Shown one piece after another: positions 17,742-26,519 of a stretch of 27,453 nt of DNA. A model generated the notes under the pieces. The model was not told where the DNA came from. It made no database searches and worked only from the letters and a program-made list of their open reading frames with translations. Location of the stretch: positions 1 through 27,453 of the forward strand of contig CBDVDR010000028.1 in the NCBI GenBank assembly GCA_965372795.1. Reading direction: 5' to 3'. Made by a program: the position numbers and the translations under genes. Source of the DNA: an uncultured bacterium. Lineage in GTDB: Bacteria > Zixibacteria > MSB-5A5 > GN15 > FEB-12. Numbering within the stretch: the first letter of the stretch is position 1; each line of letters opens with the position of its first letter.

Positions 17742-17959
17742 ATAATCCCCTAATACATTATTTGGAACTTGATTCACATCATAATTTTAAAACAAAATTA
17801 TTATTCTATTTAAAAGTCATTGAGGTTTACTACCAGATCAAGTTGTTGCGTTTTCAACTTAGTGATGAAAAATGCTATAATCGACTTATCTCGTACATCA
17901 TAACTAACAACAGTGTCAATTTTGGCATTGATAACTTGAAAATATTAAAAAAAACAAAA

Positions 17960-17990
17960 GAAAGGGAGCAGGCAAAACCTGCTCCCTTTC
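17960..17990 (-). terminator. Rho-independent terminator of the porin gene
   Basis: 13-bp perfect stem GAAAGGGAGCAGG/CCTGCTCCCTTTC with a long T run on the minus strand. Confidence 0.88.
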
Positions 17991-18027
17991 TGGATACAAT
18001 CTTTCAATTATAAAATTCGAAGATTAT

Positions 18028-19446
18028 TTAAAATCCTGCAACCATCTGGAAGATAGTATGATTATCATCACTGGTTTCATTGATTATGCTTTCTAATCTA
18101 AGCGATAACCCTTCTGTGATAGAATAACCGGCACCTATTGAGGCTTGCCCGACCCATTCAGCGCCATCTGCTTTAAATGAGCCATAACGGGAAGTCACAA
18201 AGGCACGGTCTAAGATATTATAAGTTAGATGAGCGTAGTAACCTTTATTCTTTTCTTCTGTAAGGGAACGGTTCACCGAATGAGAAATATACTCACCCTT
18301 GAATTCAAAATTGTTCACTGCCAATTGTAAATCAGCGCCTAACAAGCTCATCTCACTCTTACCGTCGGCATTCCAACCGGTTGAGAATGAGGTACCTACT
18401 TCAATCCACTCAAATGGAGCCACACCCAAACGTCCACCAATAGCGTTTGAAGGTGATGTATCAATTTCTTCACCAACCTGAACGCCTAAAGAAAGAGCCT
18501 GAGCATCATCAATTATTTCAAAAGATGATTCAAAACCATTTACTAAATAAAAAGTAAAGTTGCCATGAGTAGCATCCATACTAAATTGAACACCATAATC
18601 ATTCCAACCACCATGGGTAAGATCAACAACTGACGGTGCAGTAACCAAATTACGTTCTAATGATGGGTAAACATGGTAATCAACACCAAAAGGAACATCA
18701 AATTGTCCAGTTGAGATGTCTACAGAAGAAAGGAAAGTTTCTTCTGTAGCATAAACATTGATACCAATAATTGCAGCACCTAATTCGAAGAGACCTTCAT
18801 GAGCGTTGTATGCAATTGCTGCTTCCACAGCTATATTTTCAGCGATGTCACTTGCCAGATCAATTTCAGCCTGACCCAAACCAAATTCGGTTTCATCTTC
18901 TGCTGAAGTATGTATTCCACCATTTACATCGAAGAAACCGGACCATTCAATACCACCAAAAGCACTTTCAGATTCTACTACTTCAGTACTATTATGTTTC
19001 ATGGCTGCGGCAAAACTGGCTGGGTCTGTAGAAACCAATTGTGGTGGATTTTCATCCAACTTTGTTTCTAAACCAGAAATTTCTGCTCTAAGAACAGCTA
19101 ATTCACTAACAATATCAACCAGAGCCTGATCATCAGCCTGCTCTAAATTAGAAGCCAGCCTAATCTCTTTAATGGAAAGCTTTAACTCCGCTAATTGAGC
19201 ATTAATTTTTAATAAATCAACTGGTACTTCTGATCGCTGTGAACCAGATATCTTTTTCACCGTTGCCTGTAATTCCGCAATCTCTTTTGTCCGTTGTTGT
19301 TTCTCCAGCTCAACGAGCTGTTTCAAATTAGTTTCAATTCGATCAACAGCATCCATTAATGCTGAGAAGTCCTGCCCGAATGCAGTACTTGTTCCGAGGA
19401 GCATGGTCAATACCATACACCAAATTACTAAAGATCGAGTTCTCAT
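18028..19446 (-). CDS. outer-membrane porin/beta-barrel with N-terminal coiled coil
   Basis: Signal peptide, heptad-rich N-terminal region, GQFDVPFG, alternating beta strands, terminal Phe (QMVAGF). Confidence 0.8.
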   Translation of the reverse strand: MRTRSLVIWCMVLTMLLGTSTAFGQDFSALMDAVDRIETNLKQLVELEKQQRTKEIAELQATVKKISGSQRSEVPVDLLKINAQLAELKLSIKEIRLASNLEQADDQALVDIVSELAVLRAEISGLETKLDENPPQLVSTDPASFAAAMKHNSTEVVESESAFGGIEWSGFFDVNGGIHTSAEDETEFGLGQAEIDLASDIAENIAVEAAIAYNAHEGLFELGAAIIGINVYATEETFLSSVDISTGQFDVPFGVDYHVYPSLERNLVTAPSVVDLTHGGWNDYGVQFSMDATHGNFTFYLVNGFESSFEIIDDAQALSLGVQVGEEIDTSPSNAIGGRLGVAPFEWIEVGTSFSTGWNADGKSEMSLLGADLQLAVNNFEFKGEYISHSVNRSLTEEKNKGYYAHLTYNILDRAFVTSRYGSFKADGAEWVGQASIGAGYSITEGLSLRLESIINETSDDNHTIFQMVAGF

Positions 19447-19598
19447 TTCAAGCCTCCTTTTACCGTCTTGTTAATAAACTTTAACATATTTTCATTTTTC
19501 CTTTTAAAGCTCTCAAACTATCCCCGGTTTGATATCCAATAAAACCGTGCAGCAATCTTTGATAATAAAATCGTTACAATTATCTTCAATTTGGTTTA

Positions 19599-19614
19599 AG
19601 CAGAAATTATGCCT
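19599..19614 (-). promoter_or_regulatory. sigma54-like -24/-12 promoter for the porin
   Basis: Minus strand AGGCATAATTTCTGCT (GG-N10-GC), about 150 nt upstream of the ATG. Confidence 0.5.
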
Positions 19615-19929
19615 TTAACCTTTTTATTGGAAAAAATTAATAACTAGCCGGACATGCTCCGACTCACCAACACTTTAGAGGAGACATAAAATGAAATTAC
19701 TTACTTCTAAATTTCGATAAATTCAAGACGGAGAAATTTGTATGTGATTTTTCCAATATAAATTGAACCAGGAACATAGTGACAACTCTGTACCAGAATT
19801 GCAATTACCGTAACTTCAATTATTCCGATCATCTATTTAATAGCCCATAAGACCATGATCGATGTCAGAAGTTGTCACAAATTAGACTTGACTGACTTTA
19901 TTAGAAATTATTACTGATAATGAAAATAA

Positions 19930-19958
19930 AAGCCCTGTTTCAAATTGAATCAGGGCTT
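19930..19958 (-). terminator. terminator of btuB
   Basis: AAGCCCTG..CAGGGCTT stem with T run on the minus strand. Confidence 0.75.
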
Positions 19959-20008
19959 GTATTAATCTACTATGGATTTGTATTACAAAATTGTTTTTAT
20001 AATGAAGA

Positions 20009-21937
20009 TTATGACTTCAATTTAAATCCGACAAAAACAGATCTTTCCGGAGTACCATAGGTAAACACTTCCTCGTATTTTACATCAAATAAATTTTGTA
20101 CCCTGCCTTGTATTGTCATCCAGCTTAAAAGATCATAACTCATGGTAAAATTAGTTAGGGTATAATTTTCAAGTGATACTAACTCAGCCGGGAAAGGACG
20201 GAAATCAAAATCTTCACGGTCGCCGACATAAAGCAAATGAATCGACAATCCAACCTTGCTTACCGGGCGGAAAGATGATGTCAGACCAAATTTATTTTTG
20301 GGACGTCTAATTATAGGTGCATCGTTGGTTTTGTTCTTTGTATCAACATATGAGTAGTCAAAACTGACAGAATATTTCTCCTTTGAATATGTGGCAGAAA
20401 TTTCGATTCCTGATGAAATGACTTTATTGATATTGATTGATCTAAATGTATTTTCATCCAACGTTATCAAATTTTCATACTCATTGTCAAAATACGTCAC
20501 CGACAGATCAAAACCTATTTGCCTGAACGATTTTTCAAAACCGATCTCCCAGCCTTTGCTCTCTTCCGGCTCTAAATCAACATTACCATACAACTGGTGA
20601 AACATCTGGTAAAGAGACGGCGATTTAAAACCGGTTCCGTAGTTTGCTTTCAATTTAAGATCAAGTTCATCAAAGCGATAAGCCGAAGTTAACCGGTAGG
20701 TTACTTTTTCCTTAAAATTATCCTGATAATCATACCGCAACCCGACCGTTGCATAAAGTTTATTATTGAATGAATATTCTTCCAATAAATAGGCACTTGA
20801 AATTCGACTGTCAACTTCCCTTACCGTATCGGCATATGGTCCCCAGGCAGAGACAGATTCATAGGTGGAATTGAATTCTTCTGATTCTGTTTCCGCGCCA
20901 AAGGTCAATGAACTGTTCGAGGCAAAATCGAAGGCATGCAGAGTAGATAATTTAATTTTACGTCCATCAGTATTAAAAATGCTTGAGATATCAGGATGAT
21001 CTGAGTCAAATTCATCGATTGAGTTGAATTTTTTATCATAAATGGACAATCCTATTGAGGGTTTCCAAAGCTTATCAGGCTCAACCCGGCTCAAGGCTAC
21101 CGATACCGAGCGAGCTTTTGAATCGTTAGTGAAATTAGGATCATCTAAAATCCCGGATGATTGATCGATATCGGCCTTTGCATTTACAATCCTCGAACTG
21201 ATCGACAAATCAATATTACGCGGCAGGCTTATCCCAATCCGGCCTGAAAACTCTGAATTCTCATAACCGTCTTTTTCTACCGAACCTAAATGTTTGTTTG
21301 AGGCTGAAATACCATCGGTATCTTTCCGGGCGACAAATAGCGCGTAATCAATCTCCCCAGAACTTCCGGAAACTATTGCTGATTCATTAAAAGAATTAAA
21401 AGAACCCCCTTCAACATTAAACTCAGCCTTTGGCAGTCCAAATCCACGCTTGGTGAATATCTGAATAACTCCGCCAACAGCATCCGAACCATATAGCACC
21501 GATTGCGATCCGCGTAGAATTTCTATTCTTTCGATATTGCTGACATTTAGATGAGCAAAATCAAAATTACCATTAGGTGACGAAGGGTCATTCATCTCAA
21601 CCCCGTCAATAATAACCAGAGTGTGGTGTGAATTAGCACCTCTTAAAAAGATCGAAGTATTTCTTCCCAGTCCGCCGCTTTGAACAACATCGACTCCGGG
21701 AACAGCCCGAAGCAAATCTGACACCATCAACGATTGGCTTTTCTTGATATCATCTTCATTGATTACAGTTACAGAACTTCCAATCTGACTGACTGGAGTT
21801 GGTTTCCGGTTGGCAGAAACTATAATTGAATCCGGAATTAAGCGGGGGTTTGTAATAGTTCCAATCTGATTTTCTGCATTGGCTCCCGTCGCGCCAAAAG
21901 CAATAACCAGGGCAACGCTAAAAAAAATGCGCTTCAT
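20009..21937 (-). CDS. btuB: TonB-dependent cobalamin receptor
   Basis: IIVSANR, plug motifs (LRGANS.HTLVIIDG, IERIEILRGSQSVLYGSDAVGGVI), NLFD; start MKRIFF with AAGGAG RBS; B12 riboswitch upstream. Confidence 0.88.
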   Translation of the reverse strand: MKRIFFSVALVIAFGATGANAENQIGTITNPRLIPDSIIVSANRKPTPVSQIGSSVTVINEDDIKKSQSLMVSDLLRAVPGVDVVQSGGLGRNTSIFLRGANSHHTLVIIDGVEMNDPSSPNGNFDFAHLNVSNIERIEILRGSQSVLYGSDAVGGVIQIFTKRGFGLPKAEFNVEGGSFNSFNESAIVSGSSGEIDYALFVARKDTDGISASNKHLGSVEKDGYENSEFSGRIGISLPRNIDLSISSRIVNAKADIDQSSGILDDPNFTNDSKARSVSVALSRVEPDKLWKPSIGLSIYDKKFNSIDEFDSDHPDISSIFNTDGRKIKLSTLHAFDFASNSSLTFGAETESEEFNSTYESVSAWGPYADTVREVDSRISSAYLLEEYSFNNKLYATVGLRYDYQDNFKEKVTYRLTSAYRFDELDLKLKANYGTGFKSPSLYQMFHQLYGNVDLEPEESKGWEIGFEKSFRQIGFDLSVTYFDNEYENLITLDENTFRSININKVISSGIEISATYSKEKYSVSFDYSYVDTKNKTNDAPIIRRPKNKFGLTSSFRPVSKVGLSIHLLYVGDREDFDFRPFPAELVSLENYTLTNFTMSYDLLSWMTIQGRVQNLFDVKYEEVFTYGTPERSVFVGFKLKS

Positions 21938-22014
21938 GGCAGGCTCCTTGTTGCCGACTGTTAGCGCAGCTAATTTCCGATAACCCGCGCTATCGTCAGC
22001 TAATATTGATTTGA

Positions 22015-22180
22015 CTCCGGCAGGTTTCCTGACTCTGGCATCTAACCATATCGAACGCCTTCCCAACCATTAAGATCAGTGGCAATTATTCGATAAGTAG
22101 CCAATACAGTAGCGGGGCTGTGACGGGATTGCACCGTCTTCCCTATTATCCGCAAATTTGCGGCACCAAAGTGATTGTAA
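22015..22180 (-). ncRNA. cobalamin (AdoCbl) riboswitch
   Basis: Minus strand GGTG..AATAGGGAAGACGGTGCAATCCCGTCACAGCCCCGCTACTGTA..GCCACTG..TGGGAAGGCG..GAGTCAGGAAACCTGCC. Confidence 0.95.
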
Positions 22181-22268
22181 CTCTACAATAATTTTAATAC
22201 GAAGTGAAATCAAGCTTTTTCAATAATTAAATAGACTTCCTAATTAAGTCGCTTATATTAAACCTATT

Positions 22269-23378
22269 ATGAATAAAAAAATTATCCCGATATCAGTCAT
22301 CCTACTAATTTCATTTTCAACCCTGACAACCAACGCCGAGGACACAATACCTCTTATTATTAATGATGGACCATACGTCGTCTGGGAAAATGACACCACC
22401 GCCGTGACATTTTATGTGTGTGATGATAAAATCGACAGCCAGACTTTTTTCACGAGTGACACTTTCAGTTTTCAAGGAAGGTGCTACGATTCTTTAAGTA
22501 GTTACAAAATCAGAAATCAATTTGAAACTCCCCCCTCAATATATGAGAATGTCAATAAATTCATTGCCCTGAGTGACCTTCATGGTGAGTACGAATATTT
22601 GGTTGAAATATTAAAAAATAGTAAAGTTATTGATGATAATCTAAAATGGATTTATGGCACCGGCCATCTTGTTATAGATGGCGACATTTTTGATCGGGGC
22701 GATATGGTCACCGAGTGCTTATGGCTGATTTACCGACTTGAACAGGAAGCCATAACAGCCGGAGGTTTTGTACACTATTTGTTAGGCAACCATGAACTGA
22801 TGGTTCTTCGTGGTGACAACCGATATATACACGAAAAATATTTAAAAGGCATCACTCGTAAAACAAGAATCAAACATGAAGAAATTTTCGGTCCCGAATC
22901 TGAGTTAGGGCGATGGTTACGTACAAAAAATGTTGTCGAAAAAATTGACGGAATCCTTTTTAATCATTCTGGAATTTCACCTGAAATCACCGAATTAAAT
23001 ATTACCTTGGATGACTTAAATAACGAAGCCAGAAATTATCTGGACTTAAGCTCACTTGAGTTAGCATTTAATAAAAAAGCAAAATTATATTTTGGTAGTT
23101 TGGGACTATTCTGGTATCGGGGATATTTTGAAGATATTAAAATGCATTATCCACCGATAACTTTTGATCAGTTAGAAAATTTATTGTTATATTTTCAAGC
23201 TTCGGCAATAGTAGTCGGTCACTCCGAACAGGATAAAATCAGTATCAGGCACAACCGTAATGTCATTGCAATTGATGTCCCGGTTTTTGAGCTTGAGGGT
23301 TTCCAGGCGCTTCTATGGGAGAATGATTCGTTTTTTATTATTCATCCTGATGGCTCCCAGGAATCTCTTTTTGAATAA
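22269..23378 (+). CDS. exported calcineurin-like metallophosphoesterase (Shewanella-like phosphatase type)
   Basis: SDLHG, GDIFDRG, LGNHE, HSG, VVGHS; signal peptide. Confidence 0.9.
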   Translation: MNKKIIPISVILLISFSTLTTNAEDTIPLIINDGPYVVWENDTTAVTFYVCDDKIDSQTFFTSDTFSFQGRCYDSLSSYKIRNQFETPPSIYENVNKFIALSDLHGEYEYLVEILKNSKVIDDNLKWIYGTGHLVIDGDIFDRGDMVTECLWLIYRLEQEAITAGGFVHYLLGNHELMVLRGDNRYIHEKYLKGITRKTRIKHEEIFGPESELGRWLRTKNVVEKIDGILFNHSGISPEITELNITLDDLNNEARNYLDLSSLELAFNKKAKLYFGSLGLFWYRGYFEDIKMHYPPITFDQLENLLLYFQASAIVVGHSEQDKISIRHNRNVIAIDVPVFELEGFQALLWENDSFFIIHPDGSQESLFE

Positions 23379-23441
23379 TTGTTCAGTAATCGAGTATATA
23401 TTTTAACCGTTAATTATTTCTGTAAATAAAAGGAAATTATT

Positions 23442-23858
23442 ATGCCATTCTGTCCAGAATGTAAATATGAATACAACAGCAACATCTCTCTTTGCCCTGA
23501 CTGCAATGAAACGTTAGTCTCAAAATTACCTGATGAGAACAACAATCAGGATATTGAAGAAATGGTTAAAGATTGGATTCCTCTGGCACGCTTTACCTCT
23601 GACCAAATTTCTGCGATGGTCTTAGATAGTATGCATAAAAAAGATATCCCGGCAGTAATCTTATCAGGTACGGGTCATTTCGGCTCCACCGGTCAAATGG
23701 GAATCTCTTCTTTTCGCCCGGTCGGCGGTTCATATACTCTGATGATTCCTAAAGAACATATTGTCGTTGCTGATTTGGAAGGTCGGGGAATTATGGGTGA
23801 GCATTGGGAAACTTCATTACTGGTTGACTTAAAAGAGATTGACAATCCCGACAATTAA
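23442..23858 (+). CDS. zinc-ribbon plus DUF2007-like protein
   Basis: MPFCPECKYEY..CPDC..LV; AAGGA RBS. Confidence 0.78.
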   Translation: MPFCPECKYEYNSNISLCPDCNETLVSKLPDENNNQDIEEMVKDWIPLARFTSDQISAMVLDSMHKKDIPAVILSGTGHFGSTGQMGISSFRPVGGSYTLMIPKEHIVVADLEGRGIMGEHWETSLLVDLKEIDNPDN

Positions 23859-23971
23859 TAATCAAATAAATTATTTTTTTCACAAAATAAAGAGGGATTC
23901 CCTTATCTAATCACTCACTTTGCCGATATGTTGAATACGAGAACAATTGTATTTAACCTTCGGAGCTTAAT

Positions 23972-24361
23972 GTGGAAAACAGAAGATATGATCGGGTGGA
24001 TGTAATCTCATATGTCAGAGTTCAAGAGTCAAACTCCGATTCAACTTTAGGTTACGTAAATGATATTTCAATAGCTGGAATGCGTTTAAAAAGCCTTAAA
24101 TCATTTTCTCCTGAAAACCCGTGCCATCTAAGAATCTCATTGCCTTATGGAAATGAAATGATCGAAAGTGTTGATATTGATGCCAAAGTTGTTTGGTGCA
24201 ACGAAAGTGACATTGAGGGTTATTTTGATACCGGCATACAGCTTGAAAACGTTAAAGATGATGAATTAAGTGCTATTGAAAAATTCATTGAATATATTGA
24301 AGATTCCCAGCAATTCTTCTCAATGAGTCAGCAAACGATGTCTCAATTCGGAAATTATTAG
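23972..24361 (+). CDS. PilZ-domain c-di-GMP-binding protein
   Basis: RRYDR (RxxxR) and DISIAG (D/NxSxxG); GTG start with GGAG RBS. Confidence 0.88.
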   Translation: MENRRYDRVDVISYVRVQESNSDSTLGYVNDISIAGMRLKSLKSFSPENPCHLRISLPYGNEMIESVDIDAKVVWCNESDIEGYFDTGIQLENVKDDELSAIEKFIEYIEDSQQFFSMSQQTMSQFGNY

Positions 24362-24555
24362 TCAACTGAATCGAATGGTTTATTTGGCATTACCATCCAG
24401 CAGACCAGATAAGCTAACAGTCCGATTCCTCCCGAAAGAAACAAAACCATTGTTATAATTCTAACAAAAGTAGGGTCAATTTCAAAATATTCACCTATCC
24501 CGCCACAAACTCCGGCAATTTTTTTATCAGTATTCGATTTGTATAATTTCTTCAT
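24358..24555 (-). CDS. pspC: PspC domain protein
   Basis: KKLYKS..DKKIAGVCGGIGEYFEIDPT.VR..LAYL..W.VMP. Confidence 0.92.
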   Translation of the reverse strand: MKKLYKSNTDKKIAGVCGGIGEYFEIDPTFVRIITMVLFLSGGIGLLAYLVCWMVMPNKPFDSVD

Positions 24556-24629
24556 CTTCTTTGTCCTAATCTATTTTCTTTTTCTAATAGTACCCTAAAC
24601 AGATATAAAAATTCAACTATTTTTTATAT

Positions 24630-24664
24630 AAAAGAAAAATGACAGAACCGAAGTCCTGCCATTT
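24630..24664 (-). terminator. orphan Rho-independent terminator (cUUCGg loop)
   Basis: AAATGGCAGGAC-TTCG-GTTCTGTCATTT plus T run; GU pairs fix the minus-strand orientation. Confidence 0.78.
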
Positions 24665-24758
24665 CCCACACGGTACAGGATTCACCAAAGGGATTTCGAT
24701 TACCCATTTTTCAGCAAATCTATTGAACTCAAATAATTCAATTGATAAATACAACTAT

Positions 24759-24787
24759 TAGACGAAACAGCTAAATTAATGTTTATC
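24759..24787 (-). promoter_or_regulatory. ECF-type promoter
   Basis: GATAAAC-16 nt-CGTCTA. Confidence 0.55.
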
Positions 24788-25087
24788 ATTATGAACATTT
24801 TGTTTTTGCAATCATCAATAAATATGCCGAAAGATATATACCAGCCTTACGATAAGAGATTGGTTTTGTTTAGTCTTCTTCTCTCTTCTATCTGTACTGT
24901 TAATATTGCAACTATCTAATTCTAATTTACGTTTCAATTTAATTTTTGTTCGATAAATATTTGCCTGTATTATATTTTTTGATAGAGTAGAATTTTACAA
25001 AAATATAACAAATTTCTATAAATATTCATGTTGCAAATTTCTAAGAAAAATAGTAATCTACTATTAAATAATAAAACCGGATAGATT

Positions 25088-26338
25088 ATGAAAAATATTT
25101 TTAAAATTATATATGTTTCGATTTTTGTCTTGAGCATTAGTTCCTGTTCAAATTCAGTTAACTCCGCCCCTGGTGATAACCAGAACTCAAACTTAGTGCC
25201 GATTAATTTGACCGAGATCGAGAAATCAATAGCCGCCTCTGCTAATGATTTTGGAATTGAAATTTTCAAACTATCAAATTCCGATGCCGGTAATATTTTT
25301 ATCTCACCAATTTCTATATATTACGCTCTTGGGATGACCTATAACGGAGCCTCAAATGCGACCCGGGATTCTATCGCTATGACTTTAAACCTCGAGAGCT
25401 TTGATTCCGAACAAATTAACTCATCGTTTCAAAACCTGACTAATTCTTTAACCAATCTTGATTCATCAATTATTATTGATATCTCAAACTCTCTATGGCT
25501 TAGGGAAGGATTTAACATTAATCCCGACTTTCAACAAATTATTCGTAACTATTTTGTCGGAGAAGTCTCCTCAGTCGATTTTAATCAAGAGGCAGCTGCC
25601 GATTTAATCAATAACTGGGTCTCAGAAAGCACCAACAGCAAAATAACTGGAATCGTTTCTCCCCCAATTGATCCGGCAACAATCATGTTTCTTCTAAATG
25701 CCGTTTATTTTAAAGGCAATTGGGCGACTCCTTTTGATACCTCGCTTACCTTTGAAGAAACCTTTTATGGCGGTTCCGGTGAAATTGAATGTGAAATGAT
25801 GCATAAACAGGCTTCGTTTTCATATTATGAAAACGACCTGTTACAAATTGCAACCCTCCCTTATGGTAATGGCTACTACGAAATGATCGTAATTCTCCCT
25901 TCTAAAGATGTTAATATGTCAGCTTTGGTCGGAAATTTTAGTTATGAAGAACTATCAAATTGGCAAAATTTAATGACAGAGCAGGAAATTCGGTTAGCAA
26001 TCCCAAAATTTAAATTTTCCTATAAAGCTAATCTCGATGAATTTCTAAAAATAATGGGTATGGAAGTCGCTTTCAACCCACAAACGGCTGATTTTGGTAA
26101 TATTTTGGAAAATTCACCACTTTTCATCCAAAATGTCTTACATAAAACTTTCGTACAGGTTGATGAAATAGGTACTGAAGCGGCAGCTGTAACTTCGGTA
26201 GTTATCGGAACCACCTCGGTGGGACCTCCCATTAAAGAGATGCGAATAAACCGTCCTTTTATATTTCTTATTAAAGAAAGAACTACCGAATCAATTTTAT
26301 TCCTTGGTTCGATAAATAATCCCGTTTGGGACGAATAA
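25088..26338 (+). CDS. serpin family lipoprotein
   Basis: Lipobox ISSC; NIFISPISI, LLNAVYFKGNW, hinge EIGTEAAAVT, RINRPFIFLI. Confidence 0.95.
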   Translation: MKNIFKIIYVSIFVLSISSCSNSVNSAPGDNQNSNLVPINLTEIEKSIAASANDFGIEIFKLSNSDAGNIFISPISIYYALGMTYNGASNATRDSIAMTLNLESFDSEQINSSFQNLTNSLTNLDSSIIIDISNSLWLREGFNINPDFQQIIRNYFVGEVSSVDFNQEAAADLINNWVSESTNSKITGIVSPPIDPATIMFLLNAVYFKGNWATPFDTSLTFEETFYGGSGEIECEMMHKQASFSYYENDLLQIATLPYGNGYYEMIVILPSKDVNMSALVGNFSYEELSNWQNLMTEQEIRLAIPKFKFSYKANLDEFLKIMGMEVAFNPQTADFGNILENSPLFIQNVLHKTFVQVDEIGTEAAAVTSVVIGTTSVGPPIKEMRINRPFIFLIKERTTESILFLGSINNPVWDE

Positions 26339-26519
26339 ATAAGTAAAATCTTCTAATAATTTGCTCATAAATTCCAACTAATCGGTTGCTTCTAAGGCAA
26401 TTTTATATTTTATTTCGCGAATTGTGTTTTTATTAAATTTGGTTAGTCATTTTTGAATATAAAGCGTCTTCTTAATATTAGTTTAATGTTAAGAAATATT
26501 AGCATTTACAAGAGGGTTT

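Noticed and set aside
17762..18013. 83-aa plus-strand ORF
   Set aside because: It spans an AT-rich promoter region and the porin terminator, with no RBS or motif.
21938..22066. N-terminal extension of btuB in the ORF track (MGRRSIW...)
   Set aside because: It overlaps the cobalamin riboswitch; the start with RBS and signal peptide is ATG 21937.
23903..23929. sigma28 promoter (GCCGATAT) upstream of the PilZ gene
   Set aside because: The -10 matches, but there is no TAAA -35 at the expected spacing; too weak to call.
24970..25269. 99-aa minus-strand ORF and other short shadow ORFs (e.g. 688..891, 2838..3383, 6470..6952, 11808..12080, 14753..15052, 26453..26907)
   Set aside because: They overlap well-supported genes in other frames or strands and show no motifs.
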